NCBI GenBank assembly: GCA_020891255.1
Contig: BQFW01000002.1
Span: 1,178,001-1,242,000 of the forward strand
Reading direction: 5' to 3'
DNA from: Entomortierella parvispora E1425
Lineage: Eukaryota > Fungi > Mortierellomycota
Length of the DNA stretch: 64,000 nt
The translations under genes and the position numbers were made by a program. The notes beneath the pieces are model-generated. The model was not told the origin of the DNA. It worked only from the letters and a program-made list of their open reading frames with translations, and ran no database searches. Positions 1-12,039 of this stretch are shown one piece after another; the stretch's first letter is position 1, and each line of letters opens with the position of its first letter.

Positions 1-1770
1 AGAATGAGATTGCGAATGGCTGTGCCGGGCCACCGTGGAGGTCAAAGGTGGTCGTCCAGGCTTTCGACGGACAGGTACTTGCATTTGCTGCTCCTCTTGT
101 GGCAAATGGCGATGGCGGATATTGTCTTGGGCGAGGGAGTATATATGGTGGAGCTCTGGCGGCCTTCCAACATAGGCATTTCGGTTGGTTAAGCTTGTGC
201 TGGCAGCAAATGACGATTGTGGGCCCTCAAAAGGGACACCGGTCGCACCGGAACTATTAAAGTAAGGATGACTGGCCGGTAGGACCCCAAAGGACGAGAG
301 GGTCGGAGTGCTTTGAGATGCCGCAGATGGATGCTTCGAGATTGGTCGACCCTTCTTTGGGATCTGTGTCTTTAGGACCAGGCCGCGATCTGATTGCAGG
401 AGTTCGCTTTCAGGGACGGCTGGAATATCATCCATTGGGATTCTGACAGAGCCAGCCTCAGACAGGCCATGTTGAGAGACGGGGGCCCTCTTGGTGTATT
501 TGCGTTTGGGCTTGACAAGGACTGATTCCATGGTGGGCGAATAAACGGACAAGGGTGACTTAGAGTCCTCGCCTGTTGCTTGGTGCTCCCTAAAGGACGG
601 ACCAGGTTGCTCCCTAAAGGACGGACCAGGTTGCTGTATCCTTTGAGGTAGATGTTGAGCATGTATTCTCTGACTTTCCCCTGGGTGTTGGGCTGCATAG
701 ACATAGGCTCTATCTCCCTCCTGGCGGTGGGTTGTCTGTTTGTATGAAGGCGAAGCTACTGGAGGAGCACCAGACAGGTCTTGATGGTGTTTGGGTAAAG
801 TATTGTTATATCGATCCTGCATTTGTCCTCGGCGCTGAAGGAGATCTGGATGGTCTTGATCCGGAGCCAGGTTGTCTTCCACTGGGTCGTGTTTGTCCCA
901 ATTATTGTCCGACTGTAGAGATACGAGTGACAGTCTGGCTCTGAGCAGATGAGAAAGCTAGAGTTGGGTAAGAAGAGACCCCACAATGTCAATAAATGGT
1001 TGACCTGACAATATGGCTTATCGCAAATGGGACGATAGCTAAAAACAACTTACAGATTGCATCCTGGGGCCAGATACCTGCGAGGCATTCTCCTCTACCT
1101 GTTCGTTCAACGCTCCTGGTTTTATTGGGGTTTCTGGCGAGAGTGCTGCAGTTGCGAATGGATCTTGAGGCGTGTCCAATGGACTTGATCGAACTACTGT
1201 GCGGTTCAGAGGCATGGTGCTCCTGAATGTGCTGGGAGAAAGCGGCTGTCTCTCTGCAGTACTCCTGTAGTCCACGTCCTCAAGGCTGCGTCGTCTTTGC
1301 TGCTTCTGCTGAGAAGACCGGTGCTGATTCAGGGTCTCTGAATCGAGACTGTCGTCTGTGGAGAGCCGGATCGGCCGATCCATCCTTTTCTCCCCTGACT
1401 CCTCGTCCCTGGAAGAAAAAGCCGACCGACCTCCTGCTGTCCGATCAAACGGTGCAGCTCCCTGGATGCCAACTCCTGATGAGAGCACAGCAAGAGCCAT
1501 CGCCGCAGTACCATGTGGATCGTCTGTCTGCCCTTCGCAAAGATGGTCATCCTGTACTGTCGACGAACGTGGAGTTATCGTAGAAGGCGTTTCCAAAGGA
1601 ACGTCGTTGGTGGTTTTCGTTAGAGCTTCTGGTAAGGAGCTTTCCGGAGAAAGTACTTTTATGTCGTGGTCTTGGCTCTCTGCATGTACGTCACTGTGGC
1701 AACGCTGTACTTTGCTGTCATCCTCTACACCTTCAGGCCTCTCGAGTTTGGAGAGGTCGAGATCAGCCAT
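1..1770 (-). CDS. Uncharacterised, largely disordered S/P-rich protein with a Whi5/Nrm1-like motif; 3' end runs off the window
   Basis: Exon 1770-1054 (243-aa ORF frame), then a GTAAGT...TAG intron at 1053-958 (phase 0). A second exon from 957 stays open to position 1 and is missed by the ORF track because it has no stop. It contains LLRARLSLVSLQSDNNW, KPKRKYTKR and many SP/TP sites. Confidence 0.7.
584..635. repeat. 24-bp perfect tandem duplication (TGCTCCCTAAAGGACGGACCAGGT x2.2), in frame in the minus-strand CDS
   Basis: Directly visible; encodes QPGPSFRE twice. Confidence 0.9.
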
Positions 1771-2614
1771 TGGACCAAGTCCTTGGTCTCTTTAGTGTTT
1801 CTGTTACTACTCTTGATTTTGAAGCGTACTTCCTTTGGGGGTTCTTATTTTTGGTGAGAAAGAGAGAGAAGGGGAGAGGGAGAGAGAGAAAACGAGAGAG
1901 GGAGAGAGGAGAGAGAGTGTCTGTGCGGAGGTATGCTTCTTTGGGAGTGATCTCCTTCTCAGTATTTGCCCACTGTTGCTCGATGTTGCCGAGAAAGAAT
2001 TTTGGAAGGATGAACTTTGAGACTGGGGCAAGATCCGGACAAAGTAAGGAGGTATTGTTGTAGGAGGAGAAAGGCAAGGACAAAGACCTGTGGTTCCTGA
2101 CAATGCAAGTGGGAGATAACGATGGTCGTACGAGGGAACGATCAGAGCGGAGAAAGGCGTCTGCAAATAAATGTATAGAAAAACGTGAAAGTGCAAGTGC
2201 AACAAAGTCGTTGAGGAGAGAATGGAATGAGACTAATGAAGGGAGATGAATGAATGAGGGAATGACTTCGTGAATGAGAAACAGAAAAGTCAGAGCAAAA
2301 AGTTCAACGAGTCGAGTCGATAGTATTTCGTAAGGTGGACATCAACGATCCGAGGAGAAGAAAGAGATATGTACGGAAAGAAAGAAAGAACGAATTCTTT
2401 GCGTGCGGTTGGAAGAGAAACGGACCAGGCGAAGATGGTGAGTGCTGATGATATAACACAGCCAATTGCAAAAGAACCACAAGAACGAGATGAGGAGAAG
2501 CAGGGGGGGGCAGCGCAATGGTCAGGAAAAAAAAGGCCGAACCATGAGCATGTGGGCCAAACGAGGAGAAAGTGCAGTGGTCGCAGTCAAAGTTGCCTGT
2601 TCTGCGGATATCGA

Positions 2615-2650
2615 TGGTGGTGGTGGTGGTGGTGGTGGTAGTGGTGGTGG
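2615..2650. repeat. (GGT)n trinucleotide microsatellite
   Basis: About 12 near-perfect units; it produces the poly-G/V/P/H/T shadow ORFs in the track. Confidence 0.9.
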
Positions 2651-3424
2651 AAATGTTGATGCTGATGGTAATGGTGCTGGTGGTACAGGAGAGAAAGGAG
2701 ACAACCCGAAGCGACAGCGTGGTGCGAGAAAGGAGGTTGCGGGGGAGAAGGAGCAAAGGAGGGCAGGAGCAAAAGGGACGCGTGAAGGACTCGTCGACGA
2801 GGGGGTGGGGGGATACAAAGGCGTGAGGGTCAAGGCCAAAGGAGGCGAGTGGATAGATAGAAAATGAGGGGTGAACCAACGTTTTTTTTCTTCTTGTTTC
2901 TAAGTTTCCCTGTGTTTTTGTGATCAGATTCTTGCCAGGACAGGTTGGAATGAGCGAGGGAGCAAGGGAGTGGATGAACTGTGCATTGGACAAAGGGACA
3001 CAAATGAGGGTCCCGCTTATCCTTGCCTCAAAGGGAGGGACAGAATCGAGATTGAAAAAGGAGAACGAAAGGTTGCTTAAAGGAGGAAATAAAAGATGTG
3101 CAAATCGGCGGAGCAATCGATGTTGGCACCCAGTGCAGAGAAAGAGAAGGAGCACCTTGGAAAATGAATGTCAGATGGAAGAAATTTCTGAACGAATGAA
3201 CAAAGTCAACAAATGGCGGAATGAACGGATGGCGGAATGGAGGAATGAATGAGACAACAGATGCTTGCAGTCGTGGTTCACTCAGTCAAACCAGCAGCTT
3301 CTCCTGGCAGTTTTTGCCGCCACCACTGCCACCAATCGTTAGCGTATTATGCACGACAGGGTGGGTGAGGACCCCGACCTTTTGCGCCCGCATTGACAAC
3401 GAGGTCCGGGATCAAAAAAAGGAG

Positions 3425-3710
3425 TCCGCCGCGACGTCGCCCATCGCGCGCTGCACGCGTCGCCGTCATCTTCGTCGCGATAGTTTCTGTATTCGTGGAA
3501 ACCAACCTTACCCCACTATTTCATTCGCCCTGGTATGCGCCTTCCCTTTTCTTCATAAAGCGATGTCAATGTCTGTCCTACGACCCATCGTGGCCAAAGG
3601 GGTTGAATATACGAGACGCGCGGTCTGATTGGACGAAAAGGACGCGCTTGGTCGCACCGCCCTGAAAATAAATTCGCGGAAGTCCGGGTACGCGCCAGAG
3701 ACGCGTTACT
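3425..3710. promoter_or_regulatory. CGCG/ACGCGT-rich putative divergent promoter
   Basis: About 9-10 CGCG cores in roughly 280 bp, including ACGCGT at 3455 and 3701; lies between two divergently oriented genes. Confidence 0.45.
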
Positions 3711-5436
3711 GTCGACGGAAGGTACTGGGTGGATGGGGGTCTTTCAGAGGACGACCCATCAGAGAATCTGGTGATGATGGTGGGAGTTTAGCGCAAAGCG
3801 CATGCTGTGTAAAGGTGAACTCCCTCCAAAACAAAAAACAAAGCAAAATCTGTGAGGCCCGCCCCTCGAAAGAAGTCTGTACATCGTTGCCGCTGGACCA
3901 ACGCTCGCTTTGGCAATTATTTCCGACATCTCGAGTGCAACGACACTCATTCGACCACTACGCAAGGTGTGTATTGTGCTCTACGTTCTCCGTTTCAGTG
4001 GTAAAGCCGGCCCAGTCTTTTTTGCCATTGACTGACACAACACATGCATGAATGACAATGAGTGGCGTCTGTTCCTTTATTTGTATCGTAAGCAAGCCTC
4101 AAACGAAACGAAATGGATGCTTTTTCGGACCAAGTCCTTGTTTGATTGGAAAGTGGATCAAAGGGGAGGCAGGGGAGGCAGGGGGTGATCAAGGAGACAG
4201 GGAAAGAGGATGAAGGCGCTCCTTTTCAGTACTATCGTGGAACCACTCTTTCCCTCTCAGCGGGGGTCGATTGTCAGCCACCTCTCCTTCTCTCGCTCAC
4301 TCTCTTTCCTGTCTTGTCAGAAGACTCTAGGCCACCCTCTTGGACGACCACTGCGCTTGAAAGGTTTTTGCGTCCTTTGTTGCAAACTCGTGACACTAAA
4401 TTAAGGGTACATGGCCCATCCCCTATCGGAACGTGCAGTCCACGCATCTGCTTGATGCTGGTCTTGTTGGCTTGAGAATATTCTGCTTCTCGCAACACAC
4501 AGAGTTGCCCTGACAGTTAAAAGTGCCAGGATCAATTAGGGCGCAATTGGCCAAAATTCGAAAAAAAGCTTTTTTTTTTTTCGCCCTTCTGCGGCCAAGA
4601 GAAGTCGATTGCCCAGCGCGCTCAAAAGAAGAGAATGAGATTCGAACCTCACTTTTGCAAACAAAGCCCCATGGTGCATGACTGAATGAGACTTTATCCA
4701 TGAAAGTAAAGCTGGCTGAGGGGGCAAAACGACAACTACTTGAGTCATTTAGACCGCTGCTTTGCACGCCTGACCATGGCCCAATTGCTTTGGATGCTAG
4801 CGGAATGTAAAAAGAAGCAGCTCTTGACGCAGCTCGGTCTCCCTGTGTGACGGACAGGTGGGAAAAAAATTCGAACGTTGCTCTCAAATAAAAAAAAAAG
4901 GGTGCATGACAACCACCCATGCACTCCCAGAACGTGAGTACCTCGTTGCGTCCCTTTGAGTCACCAAAGACTTGAAAAAAAGCAAAGGACCCAAGAAATT
5001 TTGTTTTTTTTTTGCTTTCCCGCGTGCCTACCACACACTCTCCTTTCTGACTTTGCCAGGTGCAAAGGCTCTTTCCCGTTATGAAGTCATTGTCGTCGAT
5101 TTCAAGGGCCCTGAGCTCTCTGTTGTAGCTGTGCCTGAGAAAAAAGTAAGTGGGACAGCGCGCGTGGAGAGCGCGCTTGTGACACGGCAATTATGCAAAA
5201 AAGCGTCGGGACAGAGTTCCCAGACTCCCCTGTTGTTTGTTCCTGCGATAATGCAGTGGCAGGGAGCGATCGCGGCACGCACATGCCAGTGGTGTTCACG
5301 TCCATTGAAAAGGCTTGAGCTTCATTCCCTTGTTTTGGTCTTTCCTCTTTCTTTTAATTCTTTTTGCCTCTACTTCACTCTCGCCTCTCCATCTTCGCCT
5401 CGTCTTTACTCTCCACTAATATCGATCTTCCTTCTC

Positions 5437-7572
5437 ATGGCTCCTGCTTTCACCAACAAGTACAAGACGCTCAAGAACAAAAAAGCATCATCACCTCTCG
5501 CGACAGACACTATTTCTTCAACATCACTCGATACCACGACCATGCCATCACAAACGTTCAAAGGCACAGCACCATCACGGCCCCCTCTCCAAGAGATATT
5601 CTCGTCACATTCAAGATCGGCATCTACCCCCACCACTAATACAAAATCAAAGGCAGAAGGCAATTCTGCCTTTGCCAAAAGCTACACAGCTTTTGTGGCA
5701 GAGCTCGTATCGGCTTTCAATTCAATCTCGGATTCCTCCTCATCCTCTGGCTCCAAAGATACTGCCAGGGCCTCTCATACGACCTCGACCCCACCCATTC
5801 TCGTCACCTCTTTCGAAGGAGTGGACCATGAGATTCAGGTCGATGGACGCCAGAAATCCAAGCTTGTGAAGGCCCTTCAATCAGCAAACCCAGACAAGGT
5901 GAATGAGGTGATCAAGATTCTGAAAGCCATGCCGGATCCCACCAAAATGACCTCTGCACCGACCCCACAAGCCGCAGATAATGGCCCTCCAGTGCCACCA
6001 AAATCAAAGGCCGTAGCAGACGTAGCTACAGTGCCCAAAAAGGAAGTAGGGAGGTGGGGGACCTTGAGGGTGCCCAAAAAGGCCAGCGCCATGGACCAGA
6101 AAAAGAAACAGCAACAAGGTCAGAGCAAGGACGACTCTTCTATCGAGGAACTGCAAGATTGGGATAAACTCGACATACCATTCTGGGCTTCTTGGGAAGG
6201 ACAAAAGAGCAATGATCAGGCTACTGGTGTCCCACAAGACGTTGCAGTTACGGAAAAGTCACCGCCTTCATCCCCACCAACACCCACGCCTTCATACTGG
6301 TGGTGGTCCTCTGCTTCAACTCCCCCCACCGAGCTACCGCAAGCAGAATCGGGTGTGCCTCCAAAGCCGCCAGCAAAAGACGCCACGACCTTGAAGCTGA
6401 GCAAACACAGATCAACCCCAGACTTGAAGAGGGCGGCATCATCGGGACTCACCTTGTCTTCACTCTTTGCCAAGTCCTCGTCGAATACTCCTACGAGTGA
6501 TACAGCCCCGTCTCTCAACGACTCAAGCTCGGGATCAAAGAAGAAAGCTCGCCAGGGGAAGGATCACTCACACTCTGGAAACAGTCTCTCCACGGGAGAA
6601 CAGATAGCTCGTGCAGCCGCTGCTATGCTGGCTGCCGCCGCCAACTCCAAGCCGAAGAACAGACCAGTGACGAAAACTGAAACGACAAAGGACTCCAAGT
6701 CGACTGATATGGATACCACGTTGGCAGACAAGGACATCAAATCTACAGAGAAGGATATTGCGCGCGAATCAGCCGCCAAGACCATTCGAGCGACTACATT
6801 GAAAGGTTTTCTCCAAACTCAGCGGATGCCTTTGGTAAAGTCAAAGGCTGCCACCGACACCCCAACGAAGAAGGCGAGCAAAGAGTCACCACCGGTCCCG
6901 CCTAAAGAGCCGGCACCAGCGGCTCAGGTAGCCGAGGTCTCGACCAAGAAATCCTCGTCTGCTGTCGCGAAAAAGCCCCTTTTGAGTATGGAGGCTGCCT
7001 ACGTCCCCCCGCCCCCTCCTTCCTTTGTCGTCAGAACAATCCACACGCTCACCAGTGGACTCATGTCTCCATTCGCTCTCATGCAGCAATGTCCGCCAGC
7101 TTATATGATCACCGCATACACGTTCTGGTGGGGTTACGAGATCTATATCCCCCACGAGGCCATGAACGCCATAGAAAGAGTTTCCAATGCGAGTGTTCTG
7201 TTCTTCAACTTGCTTACTGGCGCCTTGGTTGCTGTGCCTGGGCTTGCCTGTTTGGTACCGATTTCAAAGATCATTGCATCTTGGGTAGGCTACCAGTGGC
7301 AAGCGATCAAGTCGCAGGACGTAGGCAAGGGTGTTGTCGTTTCCGCAACATGGTAAGATCAACCTTTCCTCTCTGAAGAACAAAAACATATAAGGTTAAA
7401 AATAGGATTGAATCTGACTGGCGCCTCTTCTTTTCTCTCACGCAGGGTTCTTCCGGTGGCACTGGCATCTCGGTCCTGGGAGATTACTGATTCAATAGAG
7501 AAATCTTTGCCATTGTCACCTATCCCCATGAACAACATCATGCACTCCAGGCTTCCGCTTCTGGGCATCTAA
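5437..7572 (+). CDS. Uncharacterised protein: long S/T/K/P-rich disordered region plus a compact C-terminal domain (FWWGYEIYIPH...ATWVLPVALASRSW)
   Basis: 794-aa open frame; likely ATG at 5437 (MAPAFTNK). One intron (GTAAGA at about 7353 to CAG at about 7445) restores W-VLPVALASRSW; stop TAA at 7570-7572. Confidence 0.75.
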
Positions 7573-8169
7573 TCCTTGAAAGAATCCCAGAACCTTGTCG
7601 CATTTTTTCTTTCTATACGAACACGTCCAACGATAAGCAACAAAACCACTTCCCCTTAGAATCTCCCTTCAGGGGCATGCCTATGATGATGAGTGTGATT
7701 GACGAGTTCAAATTCAAATATAAAATTCTTAATGTTATTCCCAGCTCAGTCCCATATTGGATGATCATGGCCTTGGGAAAAAAAAACAAAAAAAAGTATG
7801 AAAGGAGTGTTTGCGCGCGGAAATGTGATCGGAGCCGTAAGAAAACAACGGCTGAAGCAGAGCTACGATAGCGACGAGGGTATCAAGATCATACTGCTCT
7901 AATTGATCCCTGTCTGCTTCAGCCGTCCCCTCCTTTGTTCGTCGCGGTGTGCAGGTCAAGGATTGATCTCCCTGACCTTCCTTTCGCCTCCTATCTCATC
8001 TCACCCGGCTTACTGCCAGCATGCCTGAGTTCGATGGCGGTGCCGAATGATGGGGTCAGCGCAAAATTATGAGCTGGCGATCGCCACAGGTGCCGTGCCC
8101 TTTTTTTTTTTTTGTCTTTTTCACTTCCTCTTCTAAATCATCCCAGATTTTCTCATCCTTCCTTTTCCC

Positions 8170-10020
8170 ATGGACCTCAGTCATACCCCGGCGACCCGGC
8201 CAACCAAAGATCGGGGAAGACTTTCACCCACACCGACCAATGTTGAAAAACTTACAGGGGCATCTTCCTCCACCTTGATCAGTGAGGGTCCAGATCCACA
8301 TCATTCGTACGACCTAAGTGAAATTGGTAGCTCCGAGGAGGTCAACCCTTCGACAACTCCACCCACCACAGCCAACAGACGCATCCGATGGGCCATCCTG
8401 GCTTCAGCCTGTTTCGTAATGTTTGGAAACTACTACGCGTTCGATAACCCGGCAGCGCTGAACAAACCTTTGCAAGATTACATGCTACAAACAGACGACC
8501 AGTACGCCTACTTTTTGAACCTGTTGTACACATCGTATTCGATTCCAAATGTGATCCTCCCCTGGATTGGAGGCTACGCGGCCGACAGGCTCGGTCTTCA
8601 AAAGATGCTCCTCTTTCTCTCGGTCATTGTGGTTCTGGGACAGGCTGTTGTGTGTATAGGACTTGAACGTCGAAACGAAGCGGTGATGATCCTTGGAAGA
8701 GTCTTGTTTGGTGCTGCCGAGACCCTTTATGTGGCCCAATCAGCCATCACAGTCAAGTACTTTCGAGGCAAAGAGCTAGCCATGGCTTTGGGCGTTAACC
8801 TTTGTGTCAGTCGTCTGGGCTCTGTTCTCAATGATGTCTTGAGTGTTTATATCTGGTCCAGGTCTTCGGTCCCAGCGGCTTTCTGGGGAGGTTTTGTGAG
8901 CTGTGTACTGTCTTTACTTTGTGCATGCATGCTAGTCTGGTTGGACCTACGCTATGGAGATACCATGACAACCCCACCACCTTTGGAGCGCTCACGTCCC
9001 TCCAGCTGCCTTGTCGATTCCAGTTTGACATTCGAGGGCACCGAGGACCCTACTTCTCACTCGGAAAAAAAGTCAACCGAATCGCAAAGACTTTCGCCCC
9101 CAAGTATAAGAGAAGAGGCTCGAGAACCGACCTCTACACTCGGCGTACATGGTTACCTACAGCGACCGGCTACAAACACCACTCAGACTGTGATGAAGCA
9201 GCTGTTTGATTACTCTCCGAGATACTGGATTCTACTGTTCATGGCTCTCTTGCTTATAGGCGTGGTGGTCCCATTCAATAGCATTCACGCAGGATTTCTT
9301 CAAAAGCGCTGGTACCCTGGTGATCCTCAAAAATGTAATCAAAACCAGCTCCGGTTGATTGACAAACTATTTGGTGTAATACGACCGATGACCTGCTTGA
9401 CTAAATTTTGTCCTATATTTCAAAACCCCCACCAGCTGCCCAGATTATGACCGTCCCCGACTTGCTCTCTGCCGTCTTGGTGCTGCCCGTGGGCTACTTT
9501 GTGGACCATTACGGCCAGAAAACTTGGTTGTTCATGTTCTGTGGCGCCATCATTGGATCGTCCCATTTGATCTTGGGCCTCTCTCATATCCCAACACCCG
9601 TGCCTTGTCTGGTTGCCTTGGGCATCTCGTCTGCCATTGGTGCCATCTTTTCGAGCGCTCTCCCAGTCTTGGTCAGAAGTGATCAAATGGCCACAGCCTA
9701 GTAAGTGCCCTTTTCATTGAAGCGTGCCACTGCTCCTTTTTCACTAGATGGCTGACCGGCTTTTCTGTCTATTTTTTTTTTTTTTTTTTGTTCCATGTGA
9801 AATCCAAAGTGGCATGTTTAGTTCGGCCTACAATTTCGCCTTTGTGGTGTTTCCATTGCTTGTGGCCAAACTCATGACCATGGACCCAAATTACACCTAT
9901 GTCGAGATATTTTTCTCTTGCTGTGGATTGGTCGGGCTGGCGTTAGCAATCTGGCTCAAGGTGCTTGATAAGGACGGCGATTTGGATAGGAGGGAGATCG
10001 ATAACACGTATACCGATTGA
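8170..10020 (+). CDS. MFSD1: Major facilitator superfamily transporter, MFSD1-like (lysosomal/vacuolar)
   Basis: FGNYYAFDNPAAL, LLYTSYSIPNVILPWIGGYAADRLG and AITVKYFRGKELAMALGVNLCVSRLGSVLN are typical of MFSD1. Three exons (introns at about 9335-9435 and 9701-9809). Confidence 0.85.
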
Positions 10021-10139
10021 TTCGACTTTGGGGCAACATATACATAAGGCTGGTATACAAATAAAAAGAAATGGCATTCGTTTACGGCCATTGGGCTTAG
10101 TAGAGCATGCTCTGTTACTGGAGAAAGGGGTAGGGTATT

Positions 10140-11557
10140 TTATTTGAGTAAGGAAATCTCATACTGCACTCGTTCAATACTCTTTAAGATTTTTGCGTAA
10201 GCTTGGACAATCTTGTTGAAATCCTCCCCGGCAAACTGATACTTTTGTAAAAGAGAAGCATTTTGTTGCAACTGTGATGTCAGACCCTGCTCCTGCTCAT
10301 TCAGAGTGCCCCTATAGAGAGTAGCACATGTTAAAATATCAGCGAGATAGGCACATGTGCACCTGTGCAGCCTATCCAATGCATCCTGAAATGAGAACTG
10401 ACCTTAGAGCAGAAAGTTTGTCCAAGGTTTCTTTGTTGTACACAGATTGCCTGAGAGTCGCTGCCGATATTCTGGCGAAAATGGAAAATAATCATGATTA
10501 ATACTCTCAACAACATGGAAAAGGAAGACGAACAATTACAAGAGATGCCCACCTTAGCTTGAAAAGTAGAGCCTGGTTGACCTGCTCAAAGTAATCGCGA
10601 AAGACTTGGTTTTCCTCTAGTTGGTGGCGGATCTTGAACTCAATGACCAACTCCCACAGCATCGCAACAGCTTCCTGCAGGGTATCGAACAAGGCTCTAC
10701 ATTTATAATAGAAACTCTGCTCCATAAGTATAGAGCTCTCCTCTCTGCATCCTCCTACAAATATTGAATGGTCTCGGGCCCTAGATACGATAACTGATAG
10801 GTCTACTGGCATATTTGGTGTCGGAGATGAAGAGGTTGAGCCAAATGCTCTGTGAAAGTGGGTGGAGACCTCCTGGGCTCGTTCCTGAATAGACCCTTGA
10901 ATCGCCTGCATCATAGGGGCAGCGAATCCCTCTAGCGCCTGCAGGTGGGGCTTCAATTGGGTCATTGTAATGCTATCCAAATCTCGGTCGGATTCCACGC
11001 CGTTTGCCACCAATTGGAGAAGGTTGTTGTCTGCGTTTCGAGCCTTTGATGAAGGTGACCGACTTTCTCTTGGAAATGGTCTGTTGACACTTCCTGACGC
11101 AATATCACTGGCTCCACTCATGTTCAATTGGCCGTCTTGTCGCGTTGAGGAGGAAAGGTGACTCTCGGGCCCAAGAGACCGTAACTCGATCAGGGTAATG
11201 ATTTGATCAATATGGTCCGAGATTTGCCGCTGGATATCCGCCGAGCGATCCTGGAAGCCCAGATCCCGATTCTCCAAGGGCAAGAGCCTCAATCGCTCCA
11301 GAGGCTCAAAGACAGTTTTCGACTCGAGATACGACTGCTTGTTCTTCAAGCTGTAGCGAGCCTAGACAAAAGAAGCAGACACAGTGAATTAGATAGAATT
11401 CAAACGAATTACAGCTCAAGGTCAACAAAAGACGTACTTTATGCAGCTCCTGTTCATATTCCAAACTAAGACCAGTTGGAGTCAGAAAGCGGGAGTTCAG
11501 GTCCACGAGGAGGCGGGCGAGTCCTGGATGCTGCTCGAGAGTAGAAGGATCCTGCAT
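10140..11557 (-). CDS. HAUS4: HAUS augmin-like complex subunit 4 homolog
   Basis: N-terminal LARLLVDLNSRFLTPTGLS. The spliced C-terminus LFKLR-ISAATLRQSVYNKETLDKLSALR-GTLNEQE...KYQFAGEDFNKIVQAYAKILKSIERVQYEI matches the recalled HAUS4 pattern. Four exons. Confidence 0.65.
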
Positions 11558-12039
11558 GGCGACATGGTCCTGTTGCTGGGATAAGATGCGACATTGGCAG
11601 TGCATGCTTGCAGGGTGAAGAGGCAAAAAAAGAAACAGTCACGACGACAGCAGGCTGACCGCGCCGCCTGAAAGCGCCTTGATGTGTTCCTTCCTTCGCC
11701 TTGCTGCCTCTTCTCCTCTTTCTTTCTCTCTCTGCTTGCTCCATCCCCCACACGTTTGCCATCCGCAGCGAGACCCTTGCTCTTTCTTTATTGCTTGCTT
11801 TTCTGCATTCACCCCTGCACCTGCTCCCATTTTGTACGTACTCACCACGGAATGACGCGTCGCATCAGTGGATTCCAAGCGCGCTAGACTGTGCTGCGCC
11901 TTCTCTTGAAATGACCTGGGGACCGAGTCAAGCAGCTCATTCGGGGCACCATGGCTAACCTCCGCTCTATCTTCTTCTGGCCCCCCAATCCATACCTTAC
12001 TATTTGCCAACACAGATAACTAGGTTTATTTTCTGAACC

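Noticed and set aside
584-635. 24-bp direct repeat as a CRISPR-like array
   Set aside because: The copies are adjacent with no spacers, lie inside a eukaryotic CDS, and there are no cas genes.
2304-3252. Several 60-280 aa ORFs on both strands with poly-G/V/P/H/T runs
   Set aside because: They are products of the (GGT)n and GA-rich repeats, mostly with non-ATG starts and no domain signal.
4630-4660. GGTTCGAATC (minus) here and GTTCGAGTCC at about 26312, resembling tRNA T-loops
   Set aside because: The flanks do not form a proper T-stem, acceptor stem or D-arm; not tRNAs by eye (tRNAscan-SE would settle it).
4423-5190. 255-aa minus-strand ORF, and the 155-codon extension of the 794-aa ORF upstream of 5437
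   Set aside because: The composition is UTR-like (F/L/S-rich, homopolymer-derived), starts are non-ATG, and there are no recognisable motifs.
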